From: an uncultured Acidobacteriota bacterium
Lineage (GTDB): Bacteria > Acidobacteriota > Blastocatellia > RBC074
Assembly (NCBI GenBank): GCA_963796275.1
Contig: CAWCKY010000001.1
Coordinates: 352,001-416,000, forward strand
Reading direction: 5' to 3'
Length of the DNA stretch: 64,000 nt
Part shown: piece after piece, positions 37,285 through 46,746 of the stretch
How positions within the stretch are numbered: position 1 is the stretch's first letter
How the letters are laid out: each line of letters begins with the position of its first letter
Position numbers and translations under genes: made by a program
The notes under the pieces: model-generated
Database searches by the model: none
What the model was told of the DNA's origin: nothing
The model's input: only the letters and a program-made list of their open reading frames with translations

Positions 37285-39126
37285 TTAATTATTTTTAGCG
37301 ATGGCCTGGTTCTGCTGATCGAGCCATGTCTTCAGTGGTTTGAAATAATCGAGGATGGCCGTCGCATCCATCTTGTCTTCACCGGTGAGCGCCTTGAGAG
37401 CCTCCGGCCACGGCCGGCTCTGCCCCATGGCCAGCATCTTCTTCAGCTTCTCTCCTACTTGTTTGTTATCGTAGATCGAACAGCGATTGAGAGGCCCCTG
37501 ATATCCGGCTTCGCGGCAGAGGGCGCGATGAAATTGAAATTGCAGGATATGCGCAAGGAAGTATCGCGAATATGGTACATTGGCCGGAACGTGATATTTG
37601 GCCCCGGGGTCGAAATCGGCTTCACTCGTCGGTGACGGCCGCGTTATCCCCTGATATTTTTCGCGCAGGTCCCACCAGGCTTTGTTGTAATCTCCCGCTC
37701 CAACTTCGCCGGAAAACACCTTCCATCGCCACTGATCGACCAGGTAGCCGAACGGCAGAAAGGCGACTTTGTCGAGAGCGAGTCTCATCAATAACGAGAT
37801 GTCGGCTTTCTCGTCGGGCGCTTTATCAATCAAGCCGATCTTTTTCAAGTACTCGGGAGTTACGGAAAGCGCGATCGTGTCACCGATCGCTTCGTGGAAT
37901 CCGTCATTGGCGCTTCCCTGATAGAGCGGCGGCTGCGGCGCATATGCCATTTGATAATAGTTGTGCCCGAGCTCGTGATGAATGGTCGTGAAATCCTCGT
38001 CGTTGATCTTGATGCACATCTTCAGCCGCACGTCCTTCTGACTATCGATATCCCATGCGCTGGCGTGGCAGACGACCTCGCGATCTTGCGGTTTTAAAAA
38101 CAATGAACGGTTCCAGAAAGTATCGGGTAAAGGGTCGAAACCCAGGGAGGTGAAAAACGATTCACCGTATTTCACCATCTGTTTTGCATCTGTCTTTTTG
38201 GCAGTGAGGATTTTCGTCAAGTCATACGTTGGCGCGCTCGCCTCAGGTTTGACGATGTCATAGATGTTGCCCCATTGCTGGCTCCACATATTCCCGAAAA
38301 GATGAGCCGGGATCGGTCCGGTCGCGGGCACAACGGCATCGCCGTATTTCTGCCGCAATTTCGTGCGGACATAAGTATGTAGAGAATCGTAGAGCGGCTT
38401 AACCTGCTGCCACAGGCGCTCCATTTCGGCAGCGAAGGCATCGGGCTCCATGTCGTAATTCGATCGCCACATCGCGCCCAGGTCTTTAAATCCCATCTCA
38501 CGCGCCCCTTTGTTACCCAGGGAGACGAAGCGTGCATAATCTTTTCTGTATTGAGGCGAGATTCGGTGCCACCCTAGCCAGACTTTCTTCAATTCTTCCG
38601 GATTACGGCTGCCGGCCAGTATTGTCTCCAGTTCACCCAGGCTCAAGCATTTGCCATTTTCGCCATCGGGACAATATTTGCCCTTACCGTATAAGCTCTC
38701 CATCTTGACGACGGTTTCGGTCAATTCCTTTCGCTCGTTAGGATCGCTCGGAGCGGGCAAGGGAACGGCGAGCTTCAAAAGCTTGATTTTACGCGAGATA
38801 TCCTCAGGCAAGGTGAGCCCATCGAACTTTCTCGACACCTCGGCCAGCTCTTTGATCGTCTTAGTGAGCTCATCGGTCGCCTCGGCAGCGATTATCTCAG
38901 TGTCATCGGTAATGAAGTTGCTCTGAATCCAACTGGCGCGGCCGGCTTTGATAGACGTATCCAAATATCGCTTCTCTGCATCAGCCATGAACTTCTCGGC
39001 ATCGGCATCGGTCGAGTTTGAAGCAGACGGCCCGGTCGCACACGAGATGCAGAAAGAGAACAATAAAGGGAACAGCCATATTCTGCGGTAATTGATATTA
39101 TCAAGGAATGAAAAAACTTTCGTCAT
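37285..39126 (-). CDS. M2-family metallopeptidase (angiotensin-converting-enzyme-like peptidyl-dipeptidase), probable lipoprotein
   Basis: IPAHLFGNMWSQQW, VCHASAWD, HHELGH, GFHEAIGD and FDPGAKYHVP...YSRYF are ACE-family motifs; N-terminal hydrophobic stretch ending ISC. Confidence 0.95.
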   Translation of the reverse strand: MTKVFSFLDNINYRRIWLFPLLFSFCISCATGPSASNSTDADAEKFMADAEKRYLDTSIKAGRASWIQSNFITDDTEIIAAEATDELTKTIKELAEVSRKFDGLTLPEDISRKIKLLKLAVPLPAPSDPNERKELTETVVKMESLYGKGKYCPDGENGKCLSLGELETILAGSRNPEELKKVWLGWHRISPQYRKDYARFVSLGNKGAREMGFKDLGAMWRSNYDMEPDAFAAEMERLWQQVKPLYDSLHTYVRTKLRQKYGDAVVPATGPIPAHLFGNMWSQQWGNIYDIVKPEASAPTYDLTKILTAKKTDAKQMVKYGESFFTSLGFDPLPDTFWNRSLFLKPQDREVVCHASAWDIDSQKDVRLKMCIKINDEDFTTIHHELGHNYYQMAYAPQPPLYQGSANDGFHEAIGDTIALSVTPEYLKKIGLIDKAPDEKADISLLMRLALDKVAFLPFGYLVDQWRWKVFSGEVGAGDYNKAWWDLREKYQGITRPSPTSEADFDPGAKYHVPANVPYSRYFLAHILQFQFHRALCREAGYQGPLNRCSIYDNKQVGEKLKKMLAMGQSRPWPEALKALTGEDKMDATAILDYFKPLKTWLDQQNQAIAKNN

Positions 39127-39154
39127 AAAATACCTCCGATTCGAATTCGCGGCA

Positions 39155-39919
39155 TTACACCATCAACTGTCCGCCATTGATTTCGATCATTTCCCCGCTA
39201 ATGTAACTCGCCGCATCAGAAGCGAGAAATGCGATCACGCGACCGCACTCTTCCGCCGTACCAAGACGGCTCAAGGGAATGACGTTGACAAATTGCTGTA
39301 ATAATTCGGGAGTCGACATCCGTTCGTGGAATGGAGTCTCGATTACGCCGGGAGCTACACCGTTGACGCGAACGCCGAATGGCGCGAGTTCCTTCGCCAG
39401 ACCTTTGGTCAAACACATAACCCCCGCTTTCGCCGAAGCATAGATCGCTGCCCCCGGACCGCCGCCGTGGTGCCCTGCAATAGAGCCGACGTTGATGATC
39501 GTACCGCGTTTTCGCTCCATCATCTCAAGCATCACAGCTTGTGAGCAGAGCAGCACGCTTTTGAAATTGAGATTGATTACGCGATCCCACATCTCCTCGG
39601 TGAAATCGAGTAATGAGCAGCGTTGAATCAAGTCGCCCGCATTATTTACCAGAATATCGATCGGGCCGAACTTCGCACGCGTTTCCTCAACGACCTTTTG
39701 CGCTCCTTTTTTCAACGAAACATCGGCTTGAATGATTATCGCCCGCCCGGACGCTTCCTCGATAATCCGTTTGGTCTCATCTGCACCTGCCTGGTTGCGA
39801 TGATAGTTGATCGCGACGGCCGCGCCGCACTCAGCTAAAGCTATGGCCGACCATCTGCCGATTCCAGTGCTCGCGCCGGTGACGATCGCCACGCGGCCGC
39901 TCAGGTCTTGTTTGTTCAT
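39155..39919 (-). CDS. SDR family NAD(P)-dependent oxidoreductase
   Basis: TGASTGIG, LVNNAG and YASAK motifs. Confidence 0.92.
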   Translation of the reverse strand: MNKQDLSGRVAIVTGASTGIGRWSAIALAECGAAVAINYHRNQAGADETKRIIEEASGRAIIIQADVSLKKGAQKVVEETRAKFGPIDILVNNAGDLIQRCSLLDFTEEMWDRVINLNFKSVLLCSQAVMLEMMERKRGTIINVGSIAGHHGGGPGAAIYASAKAGVMCLTKGLAKELAPFGVRVNGVAPGVIETPFHERMSTPELLQQFVNVIPLSRLGTAEECGRVIAFLASDAASYISGEMIEINGGQLMV

Positions 39920-39976
39920 TTTCGCTCCTCTGGAATGCATCGCATATTTCTCCTCTAGTATTAACGCAAGTAACGA

Positions 39977-41137
39977 TTAGGTAATACGCCCTACATTTCC
40001 ATTGATAATTGTTTCTACAACATCGAAAGTTTTCCCCAGCTCATCCCATCGAAATAACACGATATCTGCTCGCCGGCCGATTTCGATTGAACCGAACCTG
40101 TCGGCCACGCCCAGCAATTCTGCCGGATTTCCGCTGGCCATACGCAGGGCTTCATCGAGAGATGCATCCGAATAACGAACTGTCTTCGCCACCGCATCGT
40201 TCATCTCCAAGACCGAACCCGCGAGGTATGGAGTCCCCGGTAAACAGACGCGCCGTTCCGAGGTAACTTCAACCGCAACGCTGCCGAGTCGGTAGTGCCC
40301 CGGTGGCCTACCCGCCGCTGCGATCGCATCAGTCACCAGGATGCTACGTGCGGTTGTTTTACAACGCAAGAAACATTTGACGACCGATGGCGGCAGATGA
40401 TGCCCGTCGACTATGAAACTTGCAAAAAGTTCATCTGCTGCCAATTGCTCCCAGATGTAATTTGGATGCCGGTCGATCCTGGCGTGCGACCCGTTACCTA
40501 GATGGGTAGAGAGTCTGGCTCCCGCTCTCACTGCATCGAGTATTTGACGCTGCGTAGCGGCGGTATGACCGATTGCGGCGATAACGCCCGCGGCTGTCGC
40601 ACGCTCGATAAAATCGAGGCTCTCCGGCCATTCAGGTGAAAGCGTGATGATTCTGATCCGGCCTTCCGCCGCCTCCTGCCAGCGCTTGAACTGATCCAAA
40701 TCGGGCGGTCGCACGTGCTCGCGCGGATGAGCCCCTCGCGGCCCGTCTTCCGGCGAAATGAATGGTCCCTCAAGATGTATACCGAGCATTGCTCGCCTGA
40801 ACCCCGGTGATTCATCAGCAGCGCGAATGAGATTGGAGAGACAATCGGTGATCTGTTCGCTTGATCCGGTTATTACGGTGGGACAAAAATTGGTAACACC
40901 AGTTCGCCTGAGTAGCTGTGGAGCTGATGCGATCTGGCCCGCGCTTACGGTCGGGTCGTTGAAATCGACCCCGTCGTATCCGTTTATCTGAAGGTCAATC
41001 AGACCGGGTGCAATACGCAGGTCCAAATCACCGAGATCAGCCGGAGAAGAGATTTCTGCGGAGCGAATTTCGCTGATCACGCCCTCACTGATGAACAGAT
41101 CGACCGGATTTTCCCCCAACTTGCCCCTGATTTTCAT
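39977..41137 (-). CDS. nagA: N-acetylglucosamine-6-phosphate deacetylase-like amidohydrolase
   Basis: PGLIDLQINGY, HLEGPF, TLSPE, IGHT, THLGN, DGHH, VTDA and LAGS motifs. Confidence 0.8.
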   Translation of the reverse strand: MKIRGKLGENPVDLFISEGVISEIRSAEISSPADLGDLDLRIAPGLIDLQINGYDGVDFNDPTVSAGQIASAPQLLRRTGVTNFCPTVITGSSEQITDCLSNLIRAADESPGFRRAMLGIHLEGPFISPEDGPRGAHPREHVRPPDLDQFKRWQEAAEGRIRIITLSPEWPESLDFIERATAAGVIAAIGHTAATQRQILDAVRAGARLSTHLGNGSHARIDRHPNYIWEQLAADELFASFIVDGHHLPPSVVKCFLRCKTTARSILVTDAIAAAGRPPGHYRLGSVAVEVTSERRVCLPGTPYLAGSVLEMNDAVAKTVRYSDASLDEALRMASGNPAELLGVADRFGSIEIGRRADIVLFRWDELGKTFDVVETIINGNVGRIT

Positions 41138-41256
41138 TGCGACTCAATCCTGAATTTATGCGGGGGAATAAAAAAGTCAAAAATGCAAAACCGGCAAAAA
41201 TTCTGGTGCTTCGTGTTTTTGCAACTTGTTGGCGTTTGTTCTACCTGCCCTTCGAA

Positions 41257-41517
41257 TCAGACTCCAATAGTAGTCAGCCAATATCCCAGGATGAGCAATA
41301 ATGCTACCCATAGCCAGGCAGCCAGGAACCCTAGGACATCCAGGCGATAGCGCCGGTAACTGAATGTTTGCGGTAGCCGCAGTAAATCGACGATCATCAG
41401 GGAATGGCCATCTTCTTCAAGCCTCGACTGCGGAATCGGGGGGACGATATCCGATACCTTCCGGGTTTCAATCTCGTCGATCTGTTCAACCTGAATATTT
41501 TTATCTTCTGAGTTCAT
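41257..41517 (-). CDS. Small membrane protein downstream of the sodium:solute symporter
   Basis: 86 aa with a single C-terminal TM helix; starts 5 nt after the symporter stop. Confidence 0.65.
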   Translation of the reverse strand: MNSEDKNIQVEQIDEIETRKVSDIVPPIPQSRLEEDGHSLMIVDLLRLPQTFSYRRYRLDVLGFLAAWLWVALLLILGYWLTTIGV

Positions 41518-41522
41518 CTCTC

Positions 41523-43010
41523 CTACTCCACCATTGTTTTGATGCCAGCGCTTTCGAGGTTCTTCTCCTCACCGACGGGAGTATGCAAAAGGGCAAAGAA
41601 ACGGTGCAAGCTCGCGGACGCTTCGGGTTGCGTCATCAGACTGATGATGATCATCGCCGCAAAACCCACCAGGAGCGAGGCGAGCAGTTGCGGCCCTTTG
41701 TCCCATCCCAGATAGCTACCCGTGAAGAAGAAGACCGCCGGACCGCTCGTCACGCTCGCCCATGCCCCATACCGGTTGGCGCGCGCCCAGGTGATTCCGA
41801 CCCACATCGGAATTCCGACGAAGGCGACTATCTCCACAAAATGGATCGTCGCTTTTACGACGGATGGAATGTAGAGAGCGATCAGGAGACTGCCGACAGT
41901 GATCGCGCCGGATGCGATACGACCGATCAGCAAATAATGGGCGTCGTTCGCCTCGGGTTTCAGATAGCGCCGGTAGAGGTTCCGCGTGAAGAGCGCGGAA
42001 CCCGCCACCATAAAAGCCGAACACGATGCGATGACGGTTGCGATGATCGCCGCAACCATCAATCCGACGAGACCGGAGGGAAGCAATTGTTTGATCATCG
42101 CGCCGAATGCCAGTTCGCGCTGGGTTTTGATCAAGCTGTCGCCCGCCAGAAGGACGGCAGCGATGAGGCCGGTGAGCGCCCATCCGATCGTGCAGAGCCG
42201 CTTGATGAAGTTCCCGTAACACCAACCGATCCTGCAATTCATCTCCGTTTTTCCGCTGCCGGCGACCGCCATATGATGCGGCTGCGCGACGATGCCGACC
42301 AGTCCGCTGATGACGAGCATGGTGATGGTGAATAGCGTAAGTTCCTTGGGCGCGATGAGCGAAAACATCTGCGGGTCGAGCCTCGCATGCAGCCCCGAAA
42401 AGCCGCCGACCGCATTCAATCCGAATGGGACGAGCAGAAATGAAAGGATGAGGATGAAGATGCCCTGAATGAAATCGGTCGTCACAGTGGCGACCAGTCC
42501 GCCGGCGATCCCGAAGAGAACGAAGAGGCCGGTAATTCCCCAGACCAACCACCCTTCCGGAATACCCGTGATGGCCGTGATCGTCGTCGCCGCGCCTTTG
42601 ATAATAGTCCCCTGCCAGAGCATAAAGAGATAGATGGCAAAAAATGTATATCCGACTCCGAGTGAGCGGCTGAAGCGCTCCTCAAAAAAATCGGCCGTCG
42701 TCACATAACGCATCCGGCGAAAAATCGGCGAGAGCAACCAGAAGAACGGAGTCGAGAATATCCACATCCACTGGTACCAGATGCCCGCCATCCCGATCTC
42801 GGCTGATGCGCCGGCAACGCCGATCGCATAATCAGCGCGCGTTCCCGTCGTGAGCGCCTGAGCGATCATCAACGATTTGCCGAAGCGGCGATTGCCCATA
42901 AAAAATCCATCGGTGTCTTTCACCTTTCGCGAAACATAGAGACCGAAGGCTGTTATTCCGACGAGATATGCGATGATAACGATGAGATCGAGTGTCGATA
43001 AGCCAGTCAT
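41523..43010 (-). CDS. Sodium:solute symporter family protein
   Basis: DLIVIIAYL, FFMGNRRFG, TTADFFEERF, GGLVATVTTDFIQG and LPSGLVGLMVAAIIA motifs; about 13 TM segments. Confidence 0.9.
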   Translation of the reverse strand: MTGLSTLDLIVIIAYLVGITAFGLYVSRKVKDTDGFFMGNRRFGKSLMIAQALTTGTRADYAIGVAGASAEIGMAGIWYQWMWIFSTPFFWLLSPIFRRMRYVTTADFFEERFSRSLGVGYTFFAIYLFMLWQGTIIKGAATTITAITGIPEGWLVWGITGLFVLFGIAGGLVATVTTDFIQGIFILILSFLLVPFGLNAVGGFSGLHARLDPQMFSLIAPKELTLFTITMLVISGLVGIVAQPHHMAVAGSGKTEMNCRIGWCYGNFIKRLCTIGWALTGLIAAVLLAGDSLIKTQRELAFGAMIKQLLPSGLVGLMVAAIIATVIASCSAFMVAGSALFTRNLYRRYLKPEANDAHYLLIGRIASGAITVGSLLIALYIPSVVKATIHFVEIVAFVGIPMWVGITWARANRYGAWASVTSGPAVFFFTGSYLGWDKGPQLLASLLVGFAAMIIISLMTQPEASASLHRFFALLHTPVGEEKNLESAGIKTMVE

Positions 43011-43098
43011 TGCTGAAATGTAACACATATTAATCGCTGCTGAGTAGCAAATATAGGTATAATGCCTCCGCCACCTTGGGAACACGGGAGAATCAGAT

Positions 43099-44583
43099 AT
43101 GCTTCAGAGAATGTCTAATATATATCTCGCCGCCCTCTTCGTTCTTTTCTCAATGGCCGCTGTATGTTCCCCTGTCTACTGCCAGCTGATCGGCGAAACC
43201 GATCGCATCAACGAACTAAGAAAATTGCGCGACGAACTGAGAGCATCGGAATCGCTGCGCTATGCGGACGTCACGGTCGTCATGAGCGAGCGCATGATCG
43301 TTCACACCGCGAGACAGATGGAGGGCCTGGAAATCCTGTTATCGCGCGGCGGCGTTCTGCAGCTCAAATCGATCGGTATCGAACTGGCACCGGCTGCTGC
43401 GATCGTGAAGATCGGGGTCCAGGCGAAATCGTCAGTCAACGTCAACCTGCTCTTGACGGGCCGCCTTGGCACCGGCGAAGTCAGAGGCGACCTTTTCCAA
43501 CTGCCGTTTCAGATCACCGATGTCTCGATTTCGAATGGGACCTTCTCCTCTCTCTTTCTGCGCACTTTTCTCGGAGATTGGTTAACAGCAAAAAAGTGGA
43601 ATGAAGAACTTCCACCGCTCGAGTTACCCCTCGAGATCGGAGAGGCGCTGCAGATCCGCGCAAGCCGCTTCCAGGTCGAAGGATCGCTACCGATGGAGAT
43701 ATCCACACCGGCTTATCAATCCTCGTTGAGATTCAAGATCGGCTCCTTCCTCGTGCTGGATAAACGCCTGGCCATCGGTCTGGAGATGGTCCGCGACCAG
43801 GCGGTAAGCGTATACATCGACCGGACATCTTTCACAGACTCTCCTGATCAGGATGCGGATTCCTTGGAGGATGAGGTCGCACGATTGAGTGAAGGATTGA
43901 ATTGCAGCAACGATCTTCGGCTGGTGGTCAACCGTCGCGTCATAAGCCGGCTTCTCGAACAGATCGCGGCAGCGCAGAGAAACGATTTCATGATAGACCT
44001 TAAAGCCTGTCGCGTCCGTTCGGAAGAGGTTGAGACCTTAGTCAAGGTATTGAACTACACTGATGTCGAAAGCGGTAGCGGGTACGCCGACGTGAGCCAG
44101 CTAAGCATTGAGCGGATCGCGGATGGCAGGCTGGACCTGCGTCTGAGCTTGCGCGGCGCAGTTGATTCGCGGTTGCGTGGGCGCGAATACGGAATCCCAT
44201 ATCGGCTCTCACCGCACACTACCTTTGCAATTGAGGATAGAATTATACAGCTGCAGACGATCAGCGAGGGCGATCGAGTCGTGCTGCGCGCATCCCCGGG
44301 CGCAAATCTGCCGATAAACTTTCGGTTCAGCGTCAAAGTCGCCGGACGCGATCTCGGCATCAATCGCAATACCTCGGTACAAATAGACCGATGGCTCAAC
44401 CGGATTGAAATCCCCTCCTTCTTTGGCCGCCAGTTTTCGTTGCCGCGCAGGCTCGAGATCGACGCCGGCGGAAATCTCTATGTGACGAGGAGCTTAAAGA
44501 TTAAATTTACGGTATCTAAAATGGTCGTGGAGACGATCGGGGATTCCATTAATATTATTGCCGATGCTTCATTTTCGCCTTAG
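43099..44583 (+). CDS. Hypothetical secreted protein
   Basis: 494-aa ORF with GGGAG RBS and signal peptide; beta-rich; family not recognised. Confidence 0.7.
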   Translation: MLQRMSNIYLAALFVLFSMAAVCSPVYCQLIGETDRINELRKLRDELRASESLRYADVTVVMSERMIVHTARQMEGLEILLSRGGVLQLKSIGIELAPAAAIVKIGVQAKSSVNVNLLLTGRLGTGEVRGDLFQLPFQITDVSISNGTFSSLFLRTFLGDWLTAKKWNEELPPLELPLEIGEALQIRASRFQVEGSLPMEISTPAYQSSLRFKIGSFLVLDKRLAIGLEMVRDQAVSVYIDRTSFTDSPDQDADSLEDEVARLSEGLNCSNDLRLVVNRRVISRLLEQIAAAQRNDFMIDLKACRVRSEEVETLVKVLNYTDVESGSGYADVSQLSIERIADGRLDLRLSLRGAVDSRLRGREYGIPYRLSPHTTFAIEDRIIQLQTISEGDRVVLRASPGANLPINFRFSVKVAGRDLGINRNTSVQIDRWLNRIEIPSFFGRQFSLPRRLEIDAGGNLYVTRSLKIKFTVSKMVVETIGDSINIIADASFSP

Positions 44584-44650
44584 TATCAAGTATCAATGGA
44601 TATTCGATAAGGAAAATTAAAAAATCACCGATAAGAAAGGAGATGTGACT

Positions 44651-45385
44651 ATGACAGCCGTTGCCAATTACGATGTAAATACCTCTTGGGAAGGTATTTC
44701 AGGATTCATCACCCACCCGGAGTTCGGGATGCCGATGGGTTACCTCTTTAAGAAAAGGGATACCGGGTTTTTCTCGGGCGGGCTCCTATTCGGGATCCTC
44801 ACGATTCTTGTGTTGCTATATTTCGGAGGGGGCCCGTTTGCGCTCAGGCCGATAACTTTCGTTGTGGATAAGAAAGCGAAGGAGAGATACCTGGAAGATC
44901 AGAGAGCCCTGCGCGAGATAAGAGTAGACACCGAGAGACCGCCGTATGACGCAACGTTTTTTGATGTCAGCACGAGCGTCTTAATGCGCGTCTGTCCGGG
45001 GCTGGACTGCGATCCGATTTTAACGTTACAGCCCGGGATGCAAGTTGCTGATGCCAGAGGAAGAGAATTTCGCGATAACATCGAGTGGGTTAGAGTAAGC
45101 ATTAACGGAAGAGAAGGCTGGGTAAGCCGAAGGTATCTGCTAAGACCAGGCGAGGCAATCCAGCGCCAGCTGCCACCTCCGGACGTGCCGAATAACCTTC
45201 GGGTTAGAATTTCTGACATCTGGCTGCGTGAATGCCCCGGTCTTACATGCAGAGAGGTTGAGCCGCTTCCTTTGGGGGCTGCGGTCGCGAATCTTGGTCA
45301 GAGCAGGCCCGTTGATGCAGAGTGGTGGATCAAGATACGTTACGGCCCACGAGAGGGTTGGGTTGTACGAAATACACTGGAATAA
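44651..45385 (+). CDS. Membrane-anchored protein with two SH3-like (SH3b) domains
   Basis: TM helix, then two repeats: LMRVCPGLDC...WVRVSINGREGWVSRRYL and WLRECPGLTC...WIKIRYGPREGWVVRNTL. Confidence 0.75.
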   Translation: MTAVANYDVNTSWEGISGFITHPEFGMPMGYLFKKRDTGFFSGGLLFGILTILVLLYFGGGPFALRPITFVVDKKAKERYLEDQRALREIRVDTERPPYDATFFDVSTSVLMRVCPGLDCDPILTLQPGMQVADARGREFRDNIEWVRVSINGREGWVSRRYLLRPGEAIQRQLPPPDVPNNLRVRISDIWLRECPGLTCREVEPLPLGAAVANLGQSRPVDAEWWIKIRYGPREGWVVRNTLE

Positions 45386-45407
45386 CGAGATAAAGGAGTT
45401 TGTAGCC

Positions 45408-45623
45408 GTGAGAAATTTTCTGGAGAAAATGACAGGTAAAGAGATCGACGTGATCTGTGATGGCGCTTCGATCAGCGGCAAGGTAACAAGAATAGATGGC
45501 AATGTCCTCCACCTCGAAAAAGACGAAGTGACTTGCTATGTCAACATTGAAAAAATCGTCGTCTTATGGGATTCGCGCGAAAAGAAAGCTCATCCGCCAG
45601 GTTTTCTTCCAAAACCGAAATGA
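45408..45623 (+). CDS. Small Sm/LSm-like beta protein (MM0924-like)
   Basis: RBS AAAGGAG and GTG at 45408; FLEKMTGKEIDV...ISGKVTRIDGNVLHL...YVNIEKIVVL resembles the Sm-fold pattern. Confidence 0.6.
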   Translation: MRNFLEKMTGKEIDVICDGASISGKVTRIDGNVLHLEKDEVTCYVNIEKIVVLWDSREKKAHPPGFLPKPK

Positions 45624-45757
45624 AAAGCGCGTAACTCCGGCTGATGGTCTTTGAAAATCGAACTATAATCAGCAGGTCCGCTCCCTTGCCTGTTGCTCTA
45701 TTTATTTCAAAACCGCCAGCCGGAATAGCTACCTGATGGTCTTCCGCCAGGTCTTAA

Positions 45758-46432
45758 CTATTCGTTGCTCAATAAAACCTTGTTGCTCTTGAGCGTCACG
45801 TGCCAGGAACCGAACTGATCAAGTTTTTGGGTTAATGAGGAGAAATCAATATCAGGCGCCCGCCGATAGCCGGTAATCCGCTTACGCCAATACTCATCGA
45901 AGTATGAGATGGTTACGCCTTTGGAACGGGATGCGTGATAGAACGAGTCGGCATCACGGATGATGCCTACGTGTTTCGTTCCTCTGAAGAACACGAGCGT
46001 GCCGAATTGGCTGGTCTCTGCTTCATTAGCTTTCGGTAATTGCTTCCAAAGTGAACGCGCATTCACACGCTCGAAATCGGCCCCAGCATCACGAAACACG
46101 CTCCAGATTAATCCGGAGCAGTCGTAACCGCGATCATCCACTCCATGGTAGCGATAGCGGATGCCCAAACGCCTTACGATAGCATTTTTGAGCAATACCG
46201 ATTTTCCAATTCTAATAGTACCAGGCGGTAACGAGTTGCCCCGCTCAGATTGTGTAAACAGCGAGTCGAAATCCCTCCTCGCTATCTTGCGCGCCTCTTT
46301 GGGCGGCGGTGGGCTAGGTTTTTTTATACGGCGAGCTCTCGTTTCTACTTGTGCATCTGCTCTGAACGGAACCTGTGTCCAGACTCCTGCAAACAGAGAT
46401 ACGCCAACCAGGACCTGAAAGGCTCTTTTCAT
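45758..46432 (-). CDS. NlpC/P60 (C40) cell-wall peptidase
   Basis: Signal peptide; GYDCSGLI, HVGI and FYHAS catalytic Cys-His-His motifs. Confidence 0.9.
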   Translation of the reverse strand: MKRAFQVLVGVSLFAGVWTQVPFRADAQVETRARRIKKPSPPPPKEARKIARRDFDSLFTQSERGNSLPPGTIRIGKSVLLKNAIVRRLGIRYRYHGVDDRGYDCSGLIWSVFRDAGADFERVNARSLWKQLPKANEAETSQFGTLVFFRGTKHVGIIRDADSFYHASRSKGVTISYFDEYWRKRITGYRRAPDIDFSSLTQKLDQFGSWHVTLKSNKVLLSNE

Positions 46433-46746
46433 AATAATTATTCAATGCTCCGCAGGTCGTTCCATGGGCAGAACGAGTTGGGTAAAGATGAAGGCATCTT
46501 AGCGGTAAATCATGGAAATGTCACGTCTACCTCATGGCCAATTGGGAAGGACGAAGCTATACTGGGCTGTCTCTCGGGGCATAACACAACGATCAGACGA
46601 CAATCGATATGTCCACTGCTGTCATAGATATGCAATGAGAACGAAAAGACATATAGGATAAAAATTCGACGACAATTTTGTTATTTTTTTGCCCTTTTTA
46701 TTTCTACCTAACTTTCGTTATGATGAAGAAAAGTGATTAATTAGTT

